From: Candidatus Obscuribacterales bacterium
GTDB taxonomy: Bacteria; Cyanobacteriota; Vampirovibrionia; Obscuribacterales; Obscuribacteraceae
Direction of reading: 5' to 3'
DNA length: 64,000 nucleotides
Assembly: GCA_965228855.1 (NCBI GenBank)
Contig: CBDDIJ010000003.1
Location: 160,001 to 224,000 of the forward strand
Positions 57,461 through 64,000 of this stretch are shown here, piece by piece. The notes under the pieces were generated by a model. The model did no database searches, had not been told where the DNA came from, and saw nothing but the letters and a program-made list of their open reading frames with translations. The position numbers were made by a program, and so were the translations under genes. Numbering within the stretch: position 1 is the stretch's first letter; each line of letters opens with the position of its first letter.

Positions 57461-58171
57461 TTAAGGTGAATGCCTCCGTTCCGCGAAGGAAACAATCGAC
57501 GATGCCTTTCTGCGACTGTTTAACTGCTTAAGTTGACCTATATAGTCTTGCGGAAATTTGAAACTGGTATCTGGTAGTCGCAAACCGACGCTCGCTGCAA
57601 TGGAGTTGGCGTAGGCGACGCAATCACTTGAACCTACTTTGAAGTTGTCTGAATTCCACAGACCGCTTATTTGTTTCGACTTCAAAAAGGTTTTTCTATC
57701 AACGATGACGACAACGGCGTCGAGATTTCGCAGATTGCCGTCGCTGGCATTTTGCACCAGCAGACCGGGAACGCTGTGAAACAGTGAAGGAATTTGGTCG
57801 GTGAATTTTGCAGGAACGAAGCCGCGTGATTCGCACTCGCTGAATTTCAACGGAAGTGATTCGCTCCAGACAACGTAGCCATGACCTGGAAAACCATGAA
57901 TATTACTTGCAAGACTCGCGCATATAGCAACGTAGTAAGGACGTTCGTGTATCGATGAGCGAATATCCACAAGCGCGGGTGGGCTGTGAGGTAGGCGATA
58001 AACGACCGCCCAACAGAGAAGATAGGCAATCAATAGTCCTTTCACTGTGAGGAAAACCGAAACTACTCTTGCGAGCGGCGGCACGCCGAGTCGCTTTGAG
58101 AGGAGTGTATTCTGTCGTTGTCCTTGAAGTTTTGCCATAGAACCGACTGGACCGGGGTTTTGCCTCAACAT
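57461..58171 (-). CDS. membrane-anchored hypothetical protein, possible permuted papain-like hydrolase
   Basis: TM; PGHGYVVW upstream of SSDCVAYANSIA. Confidence 0.65.
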   Translation of the reverse strand: MLRQNPGPVGSMAKLQGQRQNTLLSKRLGVPPLARVVSVFLTVKGLLIAYLLCWAVVYRLPHSPPALVDIRSSIHERPYYVAICASLASNIHGFPGHGYVVWSESLPLKFSECESRGFVPAKFTDQIPSLFHSVPGLLVQNASDGNLRNLDAVVVIVDRKTFLKSKQISGLWNSDNFKVGSSDCVAYANSIAASVGLRLPDTSFKFPQDYIGQLKQLNSRRKASSIVSFAERRHSP

Positions 58172-58219
58172 AACAGCGATTGAACGAGTAAATCGGGAGT
58201 GCCAATCGGTTTATCAACT

Positions 58220-58255
58220 GTTGGTTGGTTGGTTGGTTGGTTGGTTGGTTGGTTG
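58220..58255. repeat. (GTTG)9 tetranucleotide microsatellite
   Basis: perfect 36-bp run between divergent genes. Confidence 0.97.
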
Positions 58256-58485
58256 CGAAATTGGCGACAACGCATTCACTGCCGCTAGGCAATTGTTTGA
58301 ACCGTTTAACCTTGCCGTTATGGCTCTAGTGAGGTTAATTCCGTGCAATTTCCGAACAACCTCCGAAGCTTGCGAATGGTCTGTTGGAGAATCTTTTGCC
58401 GTTCGGCTCCGCTTATATCACTATCTAGCAGTTTGGAAAAAACAAACGGATCTCGACTCTATCCACTGTATATAAATCGGTCCTC

Positions 58486-58514
58486 TCGACAAATCCTTTG
58501 CCGTTCGATAGGCT
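58486..58514 (+). promoter_or_regulatory. sigma70-type promoter of recQ (probably leaderless)
   Basis: TCGACA-N17-TAGGCT-N6-ATG with no SD. Confidence 0.55.
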
Positions 58515-58520
58515 GACCAC

Positions 58521-60416
58521 ATGGATTTAGTCACATCTACTTTGCCTGCTGCTGCACTGGGCGCGGAACTTGCGGGTTCGCTCGCCAAACACTGGGGCAT
58601 TCACTCGCTGCGTCCGCTACAGCAGCCGGCCATACAGGCGGTGTTGGAAGGGCGCGACTCGCTTGTTGTCCTCCCGACCGGTGGAGGTAAATCACTCTGT
58701 TACCAGGCACCAGCAGTGGTGCGCGATGGCGTGACGGTTGTGGTATCACCTTTGATATCGCTGATGAAGGACCAGGTCGACGGGCTTCGCGAGTCTGGAG
58801 TGGATGCTATTCGGCTCGACAGTTCACTATCCGCCGACGAGCGTTTCAAGGTCGATAAGCAGTTGCGTGATGGCAAAGTGTCATTGCTTTTCGTTTCACC
58901 GGAACGCCTGATGATGTACGATTTTATGGCGTTGCTTCAAGAGATTGGCGTCAACTCGATTGCCATCGACGAGGCGCACTGCATAAGCCAATGGGGTCAT
59001 GATTTCCGCCCGGAATATCGGCAGTTGAAGCGCCTTCGAGAGCTGTTCCCTCGTGCGTCTTTTCACGCGTACACCGCTACCGCTACCGAGAAAGTCCGAA
59101 AGGACATACTGGAACAGCTTGGTTTGGTCAATCCGGAAATTTTGGTAGGAAACTTCGATCGCCCGAATCTAACTTACCGAATTTTGCCTCGACGGGGAGA
59201 CCTTCTATCTCAGGTTCTCGATGTGCTTGCGCGTCATAAGGGCGAAGGCGGTGTAATTTATTGCATCAGCCGCAACGATGTGAACACGCTCTCCGCGCAG
59301 CTTAACAAAGCTGGTGTCAAAGCCATGGCTTACCATGCCGGCTTAACGCCTCAAGAGCGCACGAAGACGCAGGATGCTTTCCTTGAGGAATCCTGCGATG
59401 TAGTCGTCGCGACGGTTGCGTTCGGTATGGGAATCGACCGAAGCAATGTGCGATTTGTTTTACACACGGGAATGCCAAAGTCTCTTGAGGCCTATCAGCA
59501 AGAAACAGGTCGCGCTGGTCGGGACGGTCTAGAAGCTGAGTGCGTGCTGTTGAGTTCCGGTCAAGACTTTTTCACCTGGAAAGGTTTGATGGAACGTGCC
59601 GCTCGGGAGAATCAGTCAGAGCAAGCGCATCTCGATAGCTCCATCGAACACCTAAATGAAATGTGGCGGTACTGCAGAAGTTCCGTTTGCCGCCATCAGT
59701 CACTGGTGAATTACTTCGGTCAAGAATACGATAAGCCATCTTGCGGCGCGTGCGACCATTGTCTCGGCGAGACTGTCATGGTCGATGATGCAGACATTAT
59801 CGCGCAGAAGATAATCTCGTGTGTCGCGCGTGTGAAAGGGGCATATGGAATCGGCTACTACGTCTCTGTTTTGCGCGGTGAGAAGATCGCGAAAATCAAG
59901 GAGAGAGGTCACGAGTCGATAAGTACTTTCGGATTGCTCAAAGAGCATGACGCGCAAAACATCCGCGATTGGGTTTATCAACTAATCGGTCACGGTGTGT
60001 TGCGTCACGTTGAGATTGAGAGCGGTTTTGGAAAACCGATTTCAGTTGTTCAATTGAACAAACAGTCGATGGAAGTTTTGCGCGGCGAGAAGAAACTGCG
60101 ATTGCTGGCGCCGGTGAAGCCAAAGAAAGGTGCAAGAGGTGGCGCGTCTTCTGGTGCTTCTCGCAAGGATGACGATGGATGGGATGGAGTTGATCGCGAG
60201 TTGTTCGAGGAGCTACGTTCGCTTCGTAAGTCGATTGCTGATGAAATTGGTATGCCACCATATATAGTGTTTCATGACGCAACGCTGCGCGAGTTCGCGC
60301 GCAGTCGACCCGCGACGCTCGAGCAGATGCGTGGGATATCCGGAGTCGGTGACGCTAAGCTACGCAACTTTGGTGAAAAGTTTCGCGAATGCATCGCGGC
60401 ATACGGAGCCGGCTGA
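58521..60416 (+). CDS. recQ: ATP-dependent DNA helicase RecQ
   Basis: PTGGGKSLCYQ, DEAHCISQWGHDFRPEY, TATAT, QETGRAGRDG, Zn-binding CGACDHC, RQC and HRDC domains. Confidence 0.97.
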   Translation: MDLVTSTLPAAALGAELAGSLAKHWGIHSLRPLQQPAIQAVLEGRDSLVVLPTGGGKSLCYQAPAVVRDGVTVVVSPLISLMKDQVDGLRESGVDAIRLDSSLSADERFKVDKQLRDGKVSLLFVSPERLMMYDFMALLQEIGVNSIAIDEAHCISQWGHDFRPEYRQLKRLRELFPRASFHAYTATATEKVRKDILEQLGLVNPEILVGNFDRPNLTYRILPRRGDLLSQVLDVLARHKGEGGVIYCISRNDVNTLSAQLNKAGVKAMAYHAGLTPQERTKTQDAFLEESCDVVVATVAFGMGIDRSNVRFVLHTGMPKSLEAYQQETGRAGRDGLEAECVLLSSGQDFFTWKGLMERAARENQSEQAHLDSSIEHLNEMWRYCRSSVCRHQSLVNYFGQEYDKPSCGACDHCLGETVMVDDADIIAQKIISCVARVKGAYGIGYYVSVLRGEKIAKIKERGHESISTFGLLKEHDAQNIRDWVYQLIGHGVLRHVEIESGFGKPISVVQLNKQSMEVLRGEKKLRLLAPVKPKKGARGGASSGASRKDDDGWDGVDRELFEELRSLRKSIADEIGMPPYIVFHDATLREFARSRPATLEQMRGISGVGDAKLRNFGEKFRECIAAYGAG

Positions 60417-60485
60417 TTCAGTTTCAGCCAAAAACAATGAGATTTAGGACTTAAAGCAGATTGCCGGTCGTCGACTTGGTCGCGC

Positions 60486-61148
60486 CTAGTGTTCCGTCTT
60501 TTTGAAGAGTAGAGCATAACTATGGTCGTAGCCGAAAGAATAAGTCGGCTCCCAGTTTATGATCGTCTCGCCGACGAACGTCAGAATCTCCGACAACTCG
60601 GTTGCGATATCCCATGCGAGTGGGGTAGGCCTCGCATCCTCGTGTTTGAGGTTCGACACCTCTACAAGCGCATGGCTGCCCAGTTTCATCTTCATTGAGA
60701 TTTGTTCGAAGATACTGCCGAGGTCTGCGAGATAATGCTGGTAGCCGTGACCTTCGGTACTATAGGCGGTGAATGGATTTTCTTTATGATGGCGCCCCAT
60801 ATACGGTGGCGAGGTAATCACAAAATCAAAATCCGGCAGATCGTACTCGAGCAAATTCAATGAGTCGCCATGAATCAGGCGATCCGGATGTTCGATTTGG
60901 GAGCGAATGAAGTGGGCGCGTTTTTCGTCGAACTCAATCCCGTATGCCTCGCGCTCAAGCTGCTCGGCGACCTTCAACGTCGTCCCGAAGCCCGCGAATG
61001 GATCGAACACCACCTCGCCTTTTGTTGAGAACTTCTCGATATAATGCTTCGCGAAATCCTCCGAGTACCGGACATCATCTTTCCGAAACTCCTCTGGAAG
61101 TTCGGCCTTATGAGTGTTGGAAAAGGTCAAAACAGTTTTAGTCGTCAT
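60486..61148 (-). CDS. small orphan amino-methyltransferase (N4-C/N6-A DNA MTase-like)
   Basis: motif I VFDPFAGFGTT followed by motif IV TSPPY; 220 aa. Confidence 0.82.
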   Translation of the reverse strand: MTTKTVLTFSNTHKAELPEEFRKDDVRYSEDFAKHYIEKFSTKGEVVFDPFAGFGTTLKVAEQLEREAYGIEFDEKRAHFIRSQIEHPDRLIHGDSLNLLEYDLPDFDFVITSPPYMGRHHKENPFTAYSTEGHGYQHYLADLGSIFEQISMKMKLGSHALVEVSNLKHEDARPTPLAWDIATELSEILTFVGETIINWEPTYSFGYDHSYALLFKKTEH

Positions 61149-61157
61149 CTCTCACCA

Positions 61158-61913
61158 TTAGAGGTATTGTTCAAAGTCTTCGACTACCTTCTTGAATCGT
61201 TTTAAAAACTCCTGAGGCACATCGAACGGGTAACAAATTCGCGTGAGCAAGTGGCAATCATATTTCTGAGAATATGGTGCGTACAGCTCAACGCTGTAAA
61301 ACGAGTATTCGTTGAATTTCTTGGGAACTTGATGAACTCCGGCGTATGGACCCTTTTGGAGTTGCATGTCTATGACCACGCCTCCCCAATCAGGACCCTG
61401 TTCTTGCTTGTTCGTGGATGGCAAAATGTATGGTTTTGCTTTGTACTCCACATAGATCTTGTCCGCTCCTGGTTTGATCTTGGCTTTGGGATAGTACTCA
61501 CGAATGAGTTTTTCCACAATCGAGTCCAATGATGTCCAGTTCGCAACTGCTCTATCAGAAGCGGCGACACCATTAGCGGTGCCATTGGAAGTAGTGTTAC
61601 TGGAAGTGGTGCCATTAGAAGCGGGAGTGGCTGCACCTGAATTTTCGTCTTGCAGTGCTTTCTCGTCTAGCGCGGGATTATCCCCTTCCGCTAAATTATG
61701 GGCTGGCTTTGCACCCTGCGCTGCAACTGGGTGGTCCGAGATAAACAGCGCCGCAGACAACATCCCTATCGCCAAAACAACTCTTGCCGATGCGACTCTG
61801 GACAATGTGGGTCTGAACAGTGGGGCTCTCGCAAATTTGGCATTCGCCAAAGCGGCACCCAAAAGTGCGGCCACCGCTCTGCCATTCAGTCGCGTTTTGA
61901 GTCTTTGGGACAT
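61158..61913 (-). CDS. exported hypothetical protein
   Basis: signal-like segment ending VAA, S/T/N-rich linker, globular C-terminus; GAGG SD. Confidence 0.75.
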   Translation of the reverse strand: MSQRLKTRLNGRAVAALLGAALANAKFARAPLFRPTLSRVASARVVLAIGMLSAALFISDHPVAAQGAKPAHNLAEGDNPALDEKALQDENSGAATPASNGTTSSNTTSNGTANGVAASDRAVANWTSLDSIVEKLIREYYPKAKIKPGADKIYVEYKAKPYILPSTNKQEQGPDWGGVVIDMQLQKGPYAGVHQVPKKFNEYSFYSVELYAPYSQKYDCHLLTRICYPFDVPQEFLKRFKKVVEDFEQYL

Positions 61914-62044
61914 TGCCGGACCTCGTTTGTGTCTCCGTCAGTCATCGCAAGTGACCAGATACCGACTCTGCCGGTTTTCTTGCGATAATGCTGTAAAATT
62001 GTCCTGGCTCTGCAGTTTAATGCAAATCACGGCGCAATTTCAAT

Positions 62045-64000
62045 ATGACGTCCGACTTCGAAGTCCCTGAGCAACTGAAGTCCCGGTACAGGGACTTCAA
62101 GCTGATTGGCTCCGGTGCAATGGGGCGGGTCTTTAAGGCGACGGACAGCATTTTGCTAATAGACGTTGCAATCAAAGTTTTGTTGTCAACCAGGCATGTG
62201 CGCTCGGAGTCTGCTGTGCGATTCCAACAGGAAGCTAAGGCGGTAAGTAAGCTTCAGCACAAAAATATTTTGACTGTGATGGATTTTGGTATCACCGATC
62301 AGGGCGAACCATATCTGGTGATGGAATTTGTCGATGGAAAACCGCTGTCGACGATTTTGGAAGAGCGAAAGTGTTTGACTCTTGCAGAAGCGCTTAATAT
62401 TACAAGTCAAATGTGTGATGGAATGGAGCATGCGCACAAGGTGGGCGTCATTCATCGCGATCTGAAACCGGCTAACATAATCGTGCTTGGAGACGACTAT
62501 AGCACCGCCTCAATTCGCATTCTTGATTTTGGAATTGCGAAGGTTGAAACAGTTGAAAACGATCCGAACAGCGTAACTCCGGAAGGAGGTTTCCTCGGCA
62601 GTCCACAGTATATGAGCCCGGAGCAGATGTCTGCTGAAACGGTAGACCGAGGCAGTGATGTTTATTCGACGGGTTGTATTTTGTTTTACATGCTGAGCGG
62701 TGAGCATCCGTTTGAAAGTGAATCGTTGCTTGCACTAATGCAAGCAAAGCGCACTCAACCAGCACCTCTTATTAATGAGAGAGGAATGCATGATGCTGTG
62801 CCTGCCGCTGTGGAAGCCGTCATTGCTCGCAGTTTGGAGCGCGATAGAAGTAAACGTTTCTCCACGATGATTCAGTTTAAGGACGCCCTCCTCGAGGCGG
62901 CCCACTTTAGGGAGTCAAGTTCTGATCCTGGCGCGCGAGCGAAGTTTCCACTCAAGACCTGTGCCATTGTCGCGTCTGTAGCGACGTTTATCGCGATCTT
63001 TGCTGCTGTGGTGTTTCGGCCCGCGGAGGCGCCGCGCGAAGAGAATGTTTTGCCGGTAACTCGACCACAAATCGTTTTCAGAGATAACGAGTTGAAACAA
63101 ACATCGCGCGTCTCTGACTTCTTTGACTTGAAATACGGAGGAACTGTCTGGGAAGCTAAGGAAAAGATCGATGATAGTGCGCTTGCGCAGCTCGTTTCGC
63201 TTCCCATCGAAGAGCTAAGGCTTGGATCTCAAGATAGAATTACAGCCAAGGGCTGCGAATATATAGCCCGGATGCCGAAGCTGAAAGTTCTACTTATGAA
63301 CGAAGCCAGTTTGAACGATGACGGACTGCGCGCCCTCGCCAAAGTGAAGAATCTGGAGAGGCTGCAAATCGACGGGACCGGTGTCACTGACGCGGGAATC
63401 GCTGCTCTGGCCTATACTAACATCGACGATTTGAGCATGGATCGTGTCAGTTTAACCGATGAGGGATTGAAATCGATTGGTCAGCTGAAGAATCTCCGTC
63501 GGCTTCTAGTGAGTGGAACCAACATCACCAATTCCGGTCTGAAGTATATTAAGAATTTACCGATCAAGAAGTTGCACATAGAGGCTTGTGGTATCACGGA
63601 TGAAGGCATGCGTAACATGCCCGGCATCGATGTGATTGATCCAACAACAAAGCGCAGGCAGTCCACCCTCCAGCGAGTCTATCTTGGACAATGTGGTGTC
63701 ACTCTTGATGGACTTAAGGCGATCAAAAGCGCTCCTCTCGAGAATCTGCTCTTAAGTGGTTCAAGCGGTATCACTGATGATTGCATCGACTTCATTGCGA
63801 AGACATGGCCGAAGATGACCCTTCTCATCATCAATGATACGGGTGCCACCAAAAGTAGTATTAAGAGCATAAGCTCAATGAAGTATCTGGAAGAACTCGG
63901 AGTCGCTTCTTTGGGTCTTTCCGATGAGGACGTTCTGCCGCTGCTCAAGCTGCCCAAGATGAGAATTTTGAACATAAGCGCCAATGAGATCACGGACCTT
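62045..64000 (+). CDS. receptor-like Ser/Thr kinase with TM and leucine-rich repeats, 3' end outside window
   Basis: Hand translation of segments: MTSDFEVPEQLKSRYRDFKLIGSGAMGRVFKA; HRDLKPAN, DFG, SPE; TM; LRRs such as LERLQIDGTGVTDAGI; last codons are in the same frame. Confidence 0.92.
   Translation, partial: MTSDFEVPEQLKSRYRDFKLIGSGAMGRVFKATDSILLIDVAIKVLLSTRHVRSESAVRFQQEAKAVSKLQHKNILTVMDFGITDQGEPYLVMEFVDGKPLSTILEERKCLTLAEALNITSQMCDGMEHAHKVGVIHRDLKPANIIVLGDDYSTASIRILDFGIAKVETVENDPNSVTPEGGFLGSPQYMSPEQMSAETVDRGSDVYSTGCILFYMLSGEHPFESESLLALMQAKRTQPAPLINERGMHDAVPAAVEAVIARSLERDRSKRFSTMIQFKDALLEAAHFRESSSDPGARAKFPLKTCAIVASVATFIAIFAAVVFRPAEAPREENVLPVTRPQIVFRDNELKQTSRVSDFFDLKYGGTVWEAKEKIDDSALAQLVSLPIEELRLGSQDRITAKGCEYIARMPKLKVLLMNEASLNDDGLRALAKVKNLERLQIDGTGVTDAGIAALAYTNIDDLSMDRVSLTDEGLKSIGQLKNLRRLLVSGTNITNSGLKYIKNLPIKKLHIEACGITDEGMRNMPGIDVIDPTTKRRQSTLQRVYLGQCGVTLDGLKAIKSAPLENLLLSGSSGITDDCIDFIAKTWPKMTLLIINDTGATKSSIKSISSMKYLEELGVASLGLSDEDVLPLLKLPKMRILNISANEITDL

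Noticed and set aside
57903..58292. frameshift phase variation through the (CAAC)9 repeat
   Set aside because: An in-frame TGA lies between the repeat and the 58171 start, so no repeat length fuses the frames
58466..58482. LexA/SOS box upstream of recQ (CTGTATATAAATCGG)
   Set aside because: Does not fit CTG-N10-CAG spacing or the right half-site
93..63993. numerous 60-190 aa antisense or alternate-frame ORFs in the track
   Set aside because: They lie within well-supported genes and show no motifs; treated as shadow ORFs

Overview
Gene-dense bacterial chromosome segment with about 50 CDS. I found no rRNA, tRNA, CRISPR array, transposase or prophage genes. It is rich in signalling genes: 5 Hanks-type Ser/Thr kinases, 1 atypical kinase-TPR giant, 1 pseudokinase, 2 OmpR-family regulators, 2 PAS histidine kinases and many TPR proteins. 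It also carries a Tad/Flp pilin trio, a WYL regulator, recQ, a desaturase, a GshB-like ligase and transporters. This repertoire suggests Vampirovibrionia/Melainabacteria (Obscuribacterales-like); that is an inference only. Two CDS cut by the window edges (1..447 minus, 62045..64000 plus) are missing from the ORF track; I translated them by hand, the second only in part. The most notable signals are non-coding and cluster at 18.5-23 kb. (i) Arrays of TTCAC boxes at an exact 11-bp period (6 and 4 copies) each end 10 bp before a TATAGT -10 box. One precedes the Tad pilin operon; the other precedes a ~205-nt ORF-less terminated transcript. A degenerate third copy lies next to the two-component system at 4.5 kb. 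(ii) A small TPR gene sits between a structured 5' leader and a 275-nt run of nine back-to-back hairpins, the first three at a 46-nt period with CACCA in their apical regions. Also notable are a tandem kinase pair with C-terminal MshEN-like (c-di-GMP receptor-like) motifs and several probable leaderless genes. All family calls come from motif recognition by eye, not from database searches.
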